Assembly (NCBI GenBank): GCA_963715145.1
Contig: CAVQRL010000002.1
Span: 143,266 to 207,265 of the forward strand
Direction: 5' to 3'
Length of the DNA stretch: 64,000 nt
Origin: an uncultured Actinomycetota bacterium
GTDB taxonomy: Bacteria > Actinomycetota > Actinomycetes > Mycobacteriales > Mycobacteriaceae
The translations under genes were made by a program, and so were the position numbers. How positions within the stretch are numbered: position 1 is the stretch's first letter; every line of letters starts with the position of its first letter. Positions 1 through 9,101 of the stretch are shown here, one piece after another. The notes below the pieces were generated by a model, which was not told the origin of the DNA, did no database searches, and saw nothing but the letters and a program-made list of their open reading frames with translations.

Positions 1-585
1 CAGTGTGTTCGACGCGATCCCGTAGTGCCGCAGTTCCTCGGCAATCCCCAACGCGCACAACGTCATCCCGAACTTGGCCATCATGTACGGCGTCGGGCGC
101 AGCCATTTGGGCTCCAGCCGCACCGGCGGCGACAGCGTGAGGATATGCGGGTTCTGGCGGCCCTTCATATGCGGGATGCAGGCCTGCGACACCGCGTAGG
201 TGCCGCGCACCTCGATACCGTTCATCAGATCGAAGCGCTTGAGCGGCACCTCCTCGATGGAGCCGAGGTTGATCGCGCTGGCGTTGTTGACGCACATGTC
301 GATGCCGCCGAATTCCTCCACCGTTTTGGCCACGGCGGCGGCCACCGAATCGCCGTCCCGGACGTCGCCGACGATCGGCAGGGCGTTCCCGCCCGCCTCC
401 TCGATCTCCTTGGCGGCGGTGTAGATGGTGCCGGGCAGTTTGGGGTGGGGCTCGGTGGTCTTGGCCACCAGGGCCACGTTCGCCCCGTCGGCGGCGACCC
501 GCTTGGCGATCGCCAAGCCGATGCCTCGGCTGGCGCCGGAGATGAACATGGTCTTGCCGGAGAACCCGGATGAGGTGGGAGCCAT
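1..585 (-). CDS. Short-chain dehydrogenase/reductase (Rv3224-like), runs off the left edge
   Basis: Manual translation from ATG 585: MAPTSSGFSGKTMFISGASRGIGLAIAKRVAADGANVALVAKTTEPHPKLPGTIYTAAKEIEEAGG; Rossmann SGASRGIG motif; divergent from sigH. Confidence 0.92.
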   Translation of the reverse strand, partial: MAPTSSGFSGKTMFISGASRGIGLAIAKRVAADGANVALVAKTTEPHPKLPGTIYTAAKEIEEAGGNALPIVGDVRDGDSVAAAVAKTVEEFGGIDMCVNNASAINLGSIEEVPLKRFDLMNGIEVRGTYAVSQACIPHMKGRQNPHILTLSPPVRLEPKWLRPTPYMMAKFGMTLCALGIAEELRHYGIASNTL

Positions 586-611
586 AGGGGACAGCCTAGG
601 ATCAGATCCCG

Positions 612-1244
612 ATGACCGACATCGAGGAGCCCCGCGAGGAGAGCGACGCCGAGCTGACCGCCCGGTTCGAGCGCGATGCCATCCCCCTGATGGACCAGCT
701 CTACGGCGGCGCGCTGCGGATGACCCGCAACCCCGCCGACGCCGAGGACCTGGTGCAGGAAACCATGGTCAAGGCCTACGCCGGGTTCCGTTCCTTCCGG
801 GAGGGCACCAACCTCAAGGCGTGGCTGTATCGCATCCTGACGAACACCTACATCAACAGCTACCGCAAGAAGCAGCGCCAGCCGGCCGAGTACCCCACCG
901 ACGAGATCACCGACTGGCAACTGGCCGCCAACGCCGAGCACACCTCGACCGGATTGCGCTCCGCCGAGGTCGAGGCGCTGGAAAACCTTCCGGACAGTGA
1001 AATCAAAGAGGCTCTCCAGGCGTTACCAGAAGAGTTCCGGCTCGCGGTGTACCTAGCCGACGTCGAGGGCCTGCCCTATAAGGAGATCGCCGAGATCATG
1101 GAAACGCCGATCGGGACCGTCATGTCCCGCCTGCATCGAGGCAGGCGCCAGCTGCGCGGACTGCTCGCCGACGTCGCCAGGGACCGCGGGCTGCTGCGCG
1201 GTGAGTCGCAGGACGAGTCCAGCGACGAGGCGGTGTCGTCATGA
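612..1244 (+). CDS. sigH: ECF sigma factor SigH
   Basis: [49 protein letters not shown]; followed by an anti-sigma gene. Confidence 0.96.
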   Translation: MTDIEEPREESDAELTARFERDAIPLMDQLYGGALRMTRNPADAEDLVQETMVKAYAGFRSFREGTNLKAWLYRILTNTYINSYRKKQRQPAEYPTDEITDWQLAANAEHTSTGLRSAEVEALENLPDSEIKEALQALPEEFRLAVYLADVEGLPYKEIAEIMETPIGTVMSRLHRGRRQLRGLLADVARDRGLLRGESQDESSDEAVSS

Positions 1245-1525
1245 GCCCGCACCACGACCATGAGGACCCCGATGCCGGCCATACCGACTGTGCGGTCGTG
1301 ATCCGCGAGGTGTGGGCGATGCTCGACGGCGAGGTCACCGACGACGAGCGGGAACGGCTACGCCGTCACCTCGACCACTGTCCGGCCTGCCTGCGGCACT
1401 ACGGCGTCGAGGAACGGATCAAGAAGTTGATCGCCACCAAGTGCAGCGGCGACAAGGCCCCGTCGTATCTGGTGGAACGGGTGCGCATTCAGATCAGCCG
1501 GACGACGATCATCCGCCGCGGCTAA
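1241..1525 (+). CDS. rshA: Anti-sigma factor RshA (ZAS family)
   Basis: HxxxCxxC motif (HLDHCPAC); 4-nt overlap with the sigH stop. Confidence 0.95.
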   Translation: MSPHHDHEDPDAGHTDCAVVIREVWAMLDGEVTDDERERLRRHLDHCPACLRHYGVEERIKKLIATKCSGDKAPSYLVERVRIQISRTTIIRRG

Positions 1526-1560
1526 GACCTCAGCGGTCGCTGCGGCGCATTCACCTCGGC

Positions 1561-1615
1561 GGCGTGAAGCCAACGTCACACTCGGTGTCGACTGTGACGC
1601 TAACTTCACACGCCC
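1561..1615. repeat. Imperfect palindrome (REP-like / possible bidirectional terminator)
   Basis: GGCGTGAAG..CGTCACA / TGTGACG..CTTCACACGCC arms between the convergent rshA and bL37 genes. Confidence 0.5.
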
Positions 1616-1630
1616 TGGACCCCGCCATTA

Positions 1631-1705
1631 TCAGGCGTTGGGCCGCCTGCCGTGGTTGGCCTTGCTGTGCTTACGGTCGCGCTTCTTGCGCCCACGCTTC
1701 GCCAT
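1631..1705 (-). CDS. 50S ribosomal protein bL37 (24 aa)
   Basis: Manual translation MAKRGRKKRDRKHSKANHGRRPNA*; AGGAGG SD upstream; too short for the ORF track. Confidence 0.93.
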   Translation of the reverse strand: MAKRGRKKRDRKHSKANHGRRPNA

Positions 1706-1830
1706 GTTCTGCCGTCCTCCTTGATCGTGCCCGGGGCAGGTCAGCCATCGCACCCGGCGCGTGAATTACCTCCAGTGTCTCACGGCCGCTATCGGCAACG
1801 GCCATCCGGTGTTGTGGTTCGATAGGGGGT

Positions 1831-2046
1831 ATGGCCGAGGATGTGCGCGCTGAGATCGTTGCCAGTGTGCTGGAAGTCGTGGTCAGCAGGGGCGACCGGA
1901 TCGGTGCCGGTGACATCCTGGTGCTCCTCGAATCGATGAAGATGGAGATCCCGGTGCTGGCCGAGGTCGGCGGCACCGTGACCGAGGTGAACGTCGCCGT
2001 CGGCGATGTGATCCAGGCCGGCCATCTCATCGCCATCATCGACTAG
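1831..2046 (+). CDS. Biotin/lipoyl carrier protein (TB7.3/Rv3221c-like)
   Basis: ESMKME biotinylation motif, 71 aa, conserved position. Confidence 0.93.
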   Translation: MAEDVRAEIVASVLEVVVSRGDRIGAGDILVLLESMKMEIPVLAEVGGTVTEVNVAVGDVIQAGHLIAIID

Positions 2047-2054
2047 CCCCACCG

Positions 2055-3470
2055 GTGTCCACCCTCGGTGAACTGCTCGCCGAACACACGGTTCTGCCCG
2101 GCGGCGCCGTCGATCACCTGCACGCGGTCGTCGGTGAATGGCAGTTGCTCGCCGATCTGTCCTTCGGCGACTTCCTCATGTGGGTCCGCCGCGATGACGG
2201 GGCACTGGTCTGCGTCGCCCAGTGCCGACCCAACACCGCCTCCACCGTGCTGATCACCGATGCCGTCGGCACCGTCGTCGGCGAAGAGGCGCTGCGGGGG
2301 GCGGTGCCGGTGCGCTGCCACGGCGACGTGGTGGCCCTGCTCACCCAGCAGAGCGCCGCCGACGACCGACACCCGTCGTCGCCGCTGGAAAAGGCCTACC
2401 TGGACTGCGCCGGACACCTGCTGGCACATGGTCTCGGAGGGACCTTCCCGAACGTCGCCGATCTGGCGCTGTCGCGGTCCAGCCCGCGGGTCGGCGACGG
2501 CTTCATCCGCCTCGACGTCGACGGTGTGGTGACCTACGCCAGCCCCAACGCCCTGTCGGCCTACCACCGCATGGGCCTCACCGCCGAACTGGAAGGCCAC
2601 AACCTGATTGTCATCACCCGGCCGCTGCTGTCCGATCCGTTCGAGGCGCGGGAACTGGCCGACCACATCGGCGCCTCGCTGGCTGGCGGGTCGGGTATGC
2701 GACTCGAGCTCGACGCCGGCGGGGCGGCCGTGCTGCTGCGCACCCTGCCGCTCTGCGTCGGCGGAATCCCGGCCGGCGCGGCCGTGCTGATCCGCGACGT
2801 CACCGAGGTCAAGCGTCGTGACCGCGCGCTGTTGTCCAAGGACGCGACGATCCGGGAGATCCATCACCGGGTCAAGAACAACCTGCAGACCGTGGCCGCC
2901 CTGCTGCGGCTGCAGGCCCGGCGCACCAACAACGCCGAGGGCCGCGACGCGCTCATCGAGTCCGTGCGCCGGGTCGCGGCGATCGCGCAGGTTCACGAGG
3001 CGCTGTCGATGTCGGTCGACGAGGAGGTCAACCTCGACGAGGTCATCGACCGGATCCTGCCGATCATGAACGACGTGGCCCGGGTGGACACCCCGATCCG
3101 GATCAACCGGGAGGGCAGCCTTGGAGTGCTCGACGCCGACCGCGCCATGGCGCTGGTCATGGTGGTCACCGAACTGGCGCAGAACGCCATCGAGCACGCA
3201 TTCGACCCGGCCGACAAACGCGGGCAGGTGGTGATCCGGGCCGACCGTTCGGCCCGCTCGCTGGAGATCGTCGTGCACGACGACGGCCGAGGCCTGCCGG
3301 AGGGCTTCAGCCTGGAGGACTCCGACCGGCTGGGCCTGCAGATCGTGCGGACCCTGGTCAAGGCCGAACTCGACGGTTCCCTGGAGATGCAGCAGGCGCC
3401 CGGCGGCGGCACCGACGCGGTGCTGCGGGTGCCCATCGGCCGACGGGCCGGCCGGGCGGTCGCACCGTAG
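2055..3470 (+). CDS. pdtaS: Cytosolic sensor histidine kinase PdtaS (GAF-PAS-HisKA_2-HATPase)
   Basis: EIHHRVKNNLQ H-box, ELAQNAIEHAF N-box, DDGRG, LGLQIV; shortened GAF; compensating indel pair at about 2425-2442. Confidence 0.93.
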   Translation: MSTLGELLAEHTVLPGGAVDHLHAVVGEWQLLADLSFGDFLMWVRRDDGALVCVAQCRPNTASTVLITDAVGTVVGEEALRGAVPVRCHGDVVALLTQQSAADDRHPSSPLEKAYLDCAGHLLAHGLGGTFPNVADLALSRSSPRVGDGFIRLDVDGVVTYASPNALSAYHRMGLTAELEGHNLIVITRPLLSDPFEARELADHIGASLAGGSGMRLELDAGGAAVLLRTLPLCVGGIPAGAAVLIRDVTEVKRRDRALLSKDATIREIHHRVKNNLQTVAALLRLQARRTNNAEGRDALIESVRRVAAIAQVHEALSMSVDEEVNLDEVIDRILPIMNDVARVDTPIRINREGSLGVLDADRAMALVMVVTELAQNAIEHAFDPADKRGQVVIRADRSARSLEIVVHDDGRGLPEGFSLEDSDRLGLQIVRTLVKAELDGSLEMQQAPGGGTDAVLRVPIGRRAGRAVAP

Positions 3471-3481
3471 GACGACGAAAA

Positions 3482-3516
3482 GCGGCGGCCCCGGCGTGAT
3501 CGCCGGGGCCGCCGTT
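3482..3516. terminator. Bidirectional intrinsic terminator between pdtaS and whiB1
   Basis: CGGCGGCCCCGGCG-TGAT-CGCCGGGGCCGCCG hairpin with an A-run on the left. Confidence 0.75.
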
Positions 3517-3528
3517 GAAGTACCGGGA

Positions 3529-3783
3529 CTAGACGCCGGTGCGTGCCCGGGTGCGAGCATTGCGGCGCTTGAGCGCGCGACGCTCGTCTTCGCTCATGCC
3601 GCCCCACACGCCGGCATCCTGACCGGAGTCCAGCGCCCAGGTCAGGCAATCGGTGACCACCGGGCAGCGGTTACACACGAGCTTCGCGTCGGCGATCTGG
3701 GCCAAGGCCGGACCGCTGTTTCCCACCGGGAAGAACAGCTCCGGATCCTCGTCCCGACAGACCGCCTTGTGGCGCCAATCCAT
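3529..3783 (-). CDS. whiB1: Transcriptional regulator WhiB1
   Basis: MDWRHKAVCRDEDPELFFPVGNSGPALAQIADAKLVC..GVWGG; four Cys. Confidence 0.97.
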   Translation of the reverse strand: MDWRHKAVCRDEDPELFFPVGNSGPALAQIADAKLVCNRCPVVTDCLTWALDSGQDAGVWGGMSEDERRALKRRNARTRARTGV

Positions 3784-3890
3784 TTGTCGCTACTCCTTTA
3801 GCTCATGTGTGCGCACCAAGGCAGGGGGGAACCCCGCTCGCCAAGGTCGTTAACCTGTGCACACACAAATGTTGTTGCACTGTTACAACG

Positions 3891-3950
3891 ATGGTTCCAC
3901 AGGCCGGATAGATGTCAATAGAAGTTCTCCGAACCGTGGGCAATCTCACT
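3891..3950 (-). promoter_or_regulatory. whiB1 promoter with CRP site
   Basis: Minus strand: AGTGAGATTGCCCACG (GTG-N8-CAC, 3935-3950), TTGACA (3913-3918), then AACCAT 16 nt downstream; resembles the known CRP-controlled whiB1 promoter. Confidence 0.7.
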
Positions 3951-3961
3951 CCGGGGGCGGT

Positions 3962-5005
3962 TTAACTTCGCCTGGTCCGGTGTAATACGCTGATTCGGAT
4001 TGTACTCAGAAACCGCTGGTCGTCCAGAGTTGTCCCAGGTCCGGTAGTCAGGCGGGCGGTGCCACCACCGCGAGTGCCTCGGGAACCGAGGTGAACGTCA
4101 TCTCGCGTCCGGGTGCCCAGGAATTCCCCGTCCACCTGGCAGGCGATCGGTTCGGCGGAGGTGATCCGCACCCAGGGCAGGTCATCGTCGCGGATCAGGT
4201 GTTTTCCGGCGATCTTGGGGTTCTTGGACCACATCTGGCGCACCACGAGCAGGTTGGACAGCACGTTCATGCTGGTGACGGCGAACAGGCCCAGGCCGCC
4301 CTCGAACGTCGTATCGGGGTTGGTCCAAATCGGGCGGGCATTGGCATAGGTCCAGGGACTGGCGTTGGAGACGAAGGCGAAGTACACCCCGTCGACCGGT
4401 TCCCGGCCCGGCAGATGCAGGGTCAACAGTGGGTCGGCGCCGACATTGCCCAGCATCTCCCGCACCCCGATGCGGATGTAGCGGGCCGCGGTGACTTTGC
4501 GGCCCTTGGCGCGCTGGGCCTCCACGGCCGCCACGACGTCGCCGTCGACGCCCATCCCGGCGGTGAACACCGCCCAGCGTTCAGCGCAGTCCATCAGGCC
4601 GATGCGCCGCCAGGGCGTGCCCTGACGGTGCTCGCCGAGCAGGTCGATCAGTTGGTTGGTGGCCTCGATCGGGTCGGGACTGATGCCCAGGGCGCGGGCG
4701 AAGACGTTGGCGGCACCACCGGGCACGATGGCCACGGCCGGTAGCGTCCCCGCATCCGGGCGATCCGCCCCGGGCGGGCCCAGCAGTCCGTTGACCACCT
4801 CGTTCACCGTCCCGTCGCCGCCGTGCACGATGATCACGTCGATTCCGTCGCGGGCGGCGGCCTCGGCGATCTCGACGGCATGGCCACCGCGTTCGGTGTG
4901 CACGACGGTCAGTTGTACCCGGCTCTCCAACGCGTGGGCCAGCAGGTCGCGGCCGGCCGGGGTTGTCGAGGTGGCGTTGGGATTCACGATCAGCACGGCC
5001 CGCAC
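3962..5005 (-). CDS. Diacylglycerol kinase family lipid kinase (Rv3218-like)
   Basis: IVNPNA, GGDGTVNEVVNG, PGGAANVFARALG, QVDGE; the expected C-terminus MTFTSVPEALAVVAPPA* (stop 4048) lies in another frame after an indel near 4105. Confidence 0.9.
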   Translation of the reverse strand: MRAVLIVNPNATSTTPAGRDLLAHALESRVQLTVVHTERGGHAVEIAEAAARDGIDVIIVHGGDGTVNEVVNGLLGPPGADRPDAGTLPAVAIVPGGAANVFARALGISPDPIEATNQLIDLLGEHRQGTPWRRIGLMDCAERWAVFTAGMGVDGDVVAAVEAQRAKGRKVTAARYIRIGVREMLGNVGADPLLTLHLPGREPVDGVYFAFVSNASPWTYANARPIWTNPDTTFEGGLGLFAVTSMNVLSNLLVVRQMWSKNPKIAGKHLIRDDDLPWVRITSAEPIACQVDGEFLGTRTRDDVHLGSRGTRGGGTARLTTGPGTTLDDQRFLSTIRISVLHRTRRS

Positions 5006-5072
5006 GAGCGATGAGCCTATCTCCGCACGCCACGTAGACTGACCGCACTCTGGACAACTTCAAGGTGGCGGT

Positions 5073-5669
5073 GTGACCGGTCTTCGCGAATTCATCACGG
5101 CGGCAGTCGTCCTGGCCGGCGGGTCCGTCGGCACGGCCCCGATCGCCGCGGCCGATCCCGCTCCTGACCCGGTGATCCTCAGTGTCGAGGACGTGGGGGC
5201 GATCGCCGGCGTCACCGGTCTGATCGCCGACCCCGCGCTGGATGTCCGCGCGCCGGGCGGCAATCACCAGTTCGACGCGCAGTACCCGGCGGAATGCCAC
5301 GGCGTCTTCGATCAGGACGTCGCCTTCGCCGGCGTCGGCCCGTTCCGGTCGGTGACCTACACCGGCCCGGCGAACCGGTCGGTCACCCAGGCCGTCGGCA
5401 TCTACCCCAGCGGCATCGACGCGAAGTCGGCGCTGGGGGATCTCGCCACCTCGCTGCTGGCCTGCTCGAATCAGAGCCTGCCCAATCTGTCGTTCACGCT
5501 GCAGGTGCTCGACCCGACGACGATGGCGTTGTGCTTCAGCCAGTGCGCCACGATCTACCGGGTGTCCGGGCCGGCGTTGATCGCCGTCGACGCGCAGCGC
5601 TTCGGCGACTCCGACCGGATCGCCACCTCGGTCATGCAGCAGGCGGCCGCGCGGGCCAAGGCGCTGTGA
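5073..5669 (+). CDS. Secreted PknH-like sensor-domain protein
   Basis: Signal peptide ending APIAAA-DP; conserved Cys pattern and VTQAVGIYPS segment typical of PknH_C domains. Confidence 0.7.
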   Translation: MTGLREFITAAVVLAGGSVGTAPIAAADPAPDPVILSVEDVGAIAGVTGLIADPALDVRAPGGNHQFDAQYPAECHGVFDQDVAFAGVGPFRSVTYTGPANRSVTQAVGIYPSGIDAKSALGDLATSLLACSNQSLPNLSFTLQVLDPTTMALCFSQCATIYRVSGPALIAVDAQRFGDSDRIATSVMQQAAARAKAL

Positions 5670-6091
5670 ACGCTGCGATTCCGGCGTCCGTGCGCCGCGC
5701 GGCCGGGCTGGTGGGGCTGCAGGGCGTGGTCGGTGTCGTCCTCGCCGTGGTCTTTGTGGTCCGGGGCCTGGCCGGTGCCGATCGCCATGTCGTCGACGGC
5801 TTCGGGAACGCCGCCTGGTTCGGGCTGATCGGCGCGGTGCTGCTGGCCGCGGCCTGGGCGTTGTGGACGGGCCGACGGTGGGGCCGTGGCATCGCGATCT
5901 ACGCCCAGATGTTGCTGCTGCCGGTGAGTTGGTACATCGGGGTGGGATCGCACCAGTGGATCTATGCGGCGCCGGTGGCCCTCGCGTCGGTGGCGATCCT
6001 GGTTCTGTTGTTCAGCCGCAGCACGATTCAGTGGCTGACATCGCCCGCCGAGCGGGCCAGCGCGGACAATTCGGGGCCCGATACCCGGTAG
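5666..6091 (+). CDS. Integral membrane protein (Rv3217c-like)
   Basis: GTG overlapping the upstream stop; four hydrophobic segments; GRRWGRGIA motif; synteny. Confidence 0.8.
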   Translation: MNAAIPASVRRAAGLVGLQGVVGVVLAVVFVVRGLAGADRHVVDGFGNAAWFGLIGAVLLAAAWALWTGRRWGRGIAIYAQMLLLPVSWYIGVGSHQWIYAAPVALASVAILVLLFSRSTIQWLTSPAERASADNSGPDTR

Positions 6092-6525
6092 CCGATCCAC
6101 TCGGTCAGCGGCTGACCGCCGACGGAGTCGTAGAGCCCGATGGCGTCGGTGTTCCAGTCCAGCACCGCCCAATCAAGCCTGCTGTAGCCCTTCTCAACGC
6201 ACTCGGCGGCCAACGCCGCCAGCAGAGCCCGGGCCAGGCCGCGGCGGCGGAACCGGTCCCGGACGTAGAGGTCTTCCAGGTGGATGCCGGCCACGCCGTC
6301 CCAGGTGGAGAAGTTCCGGAACCACAGCGCCATCGCCGCGGTCTCCGCGTCGACGTCGGCCAGGAAGCAGCAGGCGACGGTGTCGTCGCCGAAAAGGGCT
6401 GCGGTGATCTGACTTTCGGTCACGGTGCACTGCTCGGGGGCGCGCTCGAAAGCGGCCAGTTCGTGGATCATCGCCACGATGTCGGCTTCGTCGCCGGGCC
6501 GGGCGAGCCGGATCTGTGTGCTCAT
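6028..6525 (-). CDS. GNAT acetyltransferase (Rv3216-like)
   Basis: FRNFSTWDG..IHLEDLYV..RRRGLAR..VLDWNTDAIGLY. Confidence 0.92.
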   Translation of the reverse strand: MSTQIRLARPGDEADIVAMIHELAAFERAPEQCTVTESQITAALFGDDTVACCFLADVDAETAAMALWFRNFSTWDGVAGIHLEDLYVRDRFRRRGLARALLAALAAECVEKGYSRLDWAVLDWNTDAIGLYDSVGGQPLTEWIGYRVSGPELSALARSAGDVSH

Positions 6526-7607
6526 GTCGAGACTCCCAGGGCGGTCAGAACGGTGCGGAACTTCGTCGTGGTCTCGGCGACTTCCTCGTCGGCGTCGGAC
6601 TCCGCGACGATCCCGCCGCCGGCCTGCGCCACCGCGCTGCGCCGGTCGGCCGCCAGCACTGCGCCGCGGATCGCCACCACCCAGCGGCCGTCGCCGCGGT
6701 CGTCGCACCACCCTACCGCGCCGGCGTAGAAGCCACGGTCGCCTTCGAGTTCGGCGATCGCGTCGATCGCCGCTGCGGTCGGTACTCCGCCGACGGCCGG
6801 AGTCGGATGCAGGGCCAGTGCCAGATCGATTGCCGTGGTGCTGTTTTCGCGAAGCGTGCCGCGGATCGGGGTGCTCAGGTGCCACAGCGCGGCGGTGCTG
6901 CTCAGTTCCGGTTCGGGGGAGACCTCGAGGCTGCGGCACAGTGGCGCCAGCGCCTCGCGCATGGTGTCGACGACCAGTTGGTGTTCGTGGCGGTTCTTAC
7001 CGGACGCCGCCAGTGCCGCGCTGTTGGCGGCATCGATTCCGGGGTCCGCCGAGCGTGGTGCCGACCCGGCGAACGGCTGGCAGGTCACCTGGTCACCGCG
7101 GCGGGCCACCAGCAGTTCCGGGCTGGCGCCCACCAGGACGCTGTCGGTGAACCCGGCGGGGGAGAGGTCGGCCAGGTAGGCCGTGGCCTGCGGGTCGGCG
7201 GCGACGAGCCGGCCGAGGATGGCCAGCGGATCCAACGGCCCGTCGGCCACCAGCCGCAGAGCCCGGGCCAGAACCACCTTCTCCAAGGGGTTTTCGGCAT
7301 CGCGCAGCAGATGCAACGCCGCCTCGATGCGGGCGCGGTGCACCCGCGGCTCAGGCAGTGTCTCGGCGATCCGCACCGCGGGCAGCCCCACGTCCGGGAC
7401 CGGCGGCAGGGTGTCGCGCACCGATGCCGGGATCAGCAGGGCCGCCGGCTGCCGAATGTCGAACGGCAGCGCGCCGACGACCAGGGGTGCCGAGCCGTCG
7501 TGCAGCATGCGGGCCGCGATGTCGACGTCGTCGAGCCCGGTCTGAATACCTTCTGCGACAAGGGTTCCGGCCGGACCGGCGAGCACGAAGGTCGTCGGCG
7601 CCGTCAC
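6522..7607 (-). CDS. entC: Isochorismate synthase
   Basis: KVVLAR, LVGASPELL, KNRHEH, LHPTPAVGG, RGFYAGAVGW, AGGGIVA. Confidence 0.92.
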   Translation of the reverse strand: MTAPTTFVLAGPAGTLVAEGIQTGLDDVDIAARMLHDGSAPLVVGALPFDIRQPAALLIPASVRDTLPPVPDVGLPAVRIAETLPEPRVHRARIEAALHLLRDAENPLEKVVLARALRLVADGPLDPLAILGRLVAADPQATAYLADLSPAGFTDSVLVGASPELLVARRGDQVTCQPFAGSAPRSADPGIDAANSAALAASGKNRHEHQLVVDTMREALAPLCRSLEVSPEPELSSTAALWHLSTPIRGTLRENSTTAIDLALALHPTPAVGGVPTAAAIDAIAELEGDRGFYAGAVGWCDDRGDGRWVVAIRGAVLAADRRSAVAQAGGGIVAESDADEEVAETTTKFRTVLTALGVST

Positions 7608-8209
7608 GTCCCGGCGACCGGTCGGCTGGTCAGTCCCAGGGCGGAGAGCTGGCGCAGCCCGTACTCGAAGCCGCACACCGCGACCGAGGCGGTGCCGAAC
7701 CCGTACCGCGCGCCCTCGCGCAGCGGCTGTTCGACCCAGCGGGTGATCACCGAACGGGAGAAATGGCCGTGGCTGACGAACACCACGTCCCGCTCGCTCA
7801 TCTGGTCCAGGGCGTAGGCCACTGCCTGGTCGGCGCGCATGCTCACCTGGTCCACGCTCTCGCCGCCGGGGCAGCCGTAGGTCCACAGCAGCCAGCCCGG
7901 TGTCTCGGTGCGGATCTCGTGGGTGGTCAGGCCTTCGTAGTCGCCGTAATCCCACTCGACCAGCAGTGGCAGCACGTCGTCGACGCTCAGCCCGGCGAGT
8001 TCGGCGGTGGCCAGCGCGCGTCGGCGCGGGCTGCTGACCACCATCGGGTTGTCCAGGCCCAGATCGGCCAGGGTGATCGCGGCCAACCGGGCCTGTTCGC
8101 GGCCCACGTCGGTGAGGTCGAGATCGGTGTGGCTGGTGTGTTTGCGATCACGCGACCATTCGGTTTCGCCATGACGGAGCAGGACCAGCCGATGGTTGCC
8201 GACACTCAC
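7604..8209 (-). CDS. gpm2: Histidine phosphatase / phosphoglycerate mutase family (Rv3214-like)
   Basis: LLRHGETEWS, EWDYGDYEG, VSHG. Confidence 0.9.
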   Translation of the reverse strand: MSVGNHRLVLLRHGETEWSRDRKHTSHTDLDLTDVGREQARLAAITLADLGLDNPMVVSSPRRRALATAELAGLSVDDVLPLLVEWDYGDYEGLTTHEIRTETPGWLLWTYGCPGGESVDQVSMRADQAVAYALDQMSERDVVFVSHGHFSRSVITRWVEQPLREGARYGFGTASVAVCGFEYGLRQLSALGLTSRPVAGT

Positions 8210-8238
8210 GTCGAACGATTCTGCACCAACCTGACAGG

Positions 8239-9042
8239 ATGGTGGCCGTGACCCGAGTACTGGCAGTGGCCAACCAAAAAGGTGGGGTGGCCAAGACGAC
8301 CACGGTGGCTTCGTTGGGGGCGGCATTCGTCGGCGAGGGCAAACGGGTGCTGCTCGTGGACCTCGACCCGCAGGGCTGCCTCACCTTCTCGCTGGGAACC
8401 GACCCCGACAAGCTGTTGGTGTCGGTGCATGAAGTGTTGCTCGGTGAAGTCGAGCCCAGCGCCGCGCTGGTGAGTACCCCTGAGGGAATGAGTTTGCTGC
8501 CGGCCAACATCGACCTGGCCGGCGCCGAGGCCATGCTGCTGATGCGGGCCGGGCGCGAGTACGCGCTCAAACGGGCACTGGACAAACTCGCCGCGATCGA
8601 CCCGTTCGACGTCGTCATCATCGACTGCCCGCCGTCGCTGGGCGTGCTGACCCTCAACGGGCTGACCGCCGCCGACGAGGTGATCGTGCCGCTGCAATGC
8701 GAGACCCTGGCGCACCGCGGGGTGGGGCAGTTCCTGCGTACCGTCGCCGATGTCCAGCAGATCACCAATCCCAAGCTGACCCTGCTCGGGGCGCTGCCGA
8801 CCCTCTACGACGCACGCACCACGCACAGCCGCGACGTGCTGTTCGACGTCGCCGACCGCTACAACCTCCCGGTGCTGGCACCGCCGATCCCCCGTACGGT
8901 GCGGTTCGCCGAAGCCAGCGCGTCCGGCGCCTCGGTGCTGTCCAGCAGGAAGAACAAGGGCGCGACCGCATACCGGGAACTGGCCGAGAGCCTGCTGAAT
9001 CACTGGAAGTCGGGCAAGGAACTGCCCACGTTCACCCTTTAG
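8239..9042 (+). CDS. ParA/Soj-like ATPase (Rv3213c-like)
   Basis: NQKGGVAKTTT deviant Walker A, DLDPQG, IDCPPSLG. Confidence 0.93.
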   Translation: MVAVTRVLAVANQKGGVAKTTTVASLGAAFVGEGKRVLLVDLDPQGCLTFSLGTDPDKLLVSVHEVLLGEVEPSAALVSTPEGMSLLPANIDLAGAEAMLLMRAGREYALKRALDKLAAIDPFDVVIIDCPPSLGVLTLNGLTAADEVIVPLQCETLAHRGVGQFLRTVADVQQITNPKLTLLGALPTLYDARTTHSRDVLFDVADRYNLPVLAPPIPRTVRFAEASASGASVLSSRKNKGATAYRELAESLLNHWKSGKELPTFTL

Positions 9043-9101
9043 CGCGCCCTACCGCGGCCGGGCCTCGGGGTCCTGGCACCCCGTCACGCCGGTCAGCAAG
9101 A

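Noticed and set aside
6522-7607. Siderophore cluster around the isochorismate synthase
   Set aside because: No NRPS or adenylation genes; this is the conserved gpm2-entC-GNAT housekeeping operon
8239-9042. ParA as a sign of plasmid or mobile DNA
   Set aside because: Orphan chromosomal Soj-like gene in its conserved mycobacterial position; no parB or rep nearby
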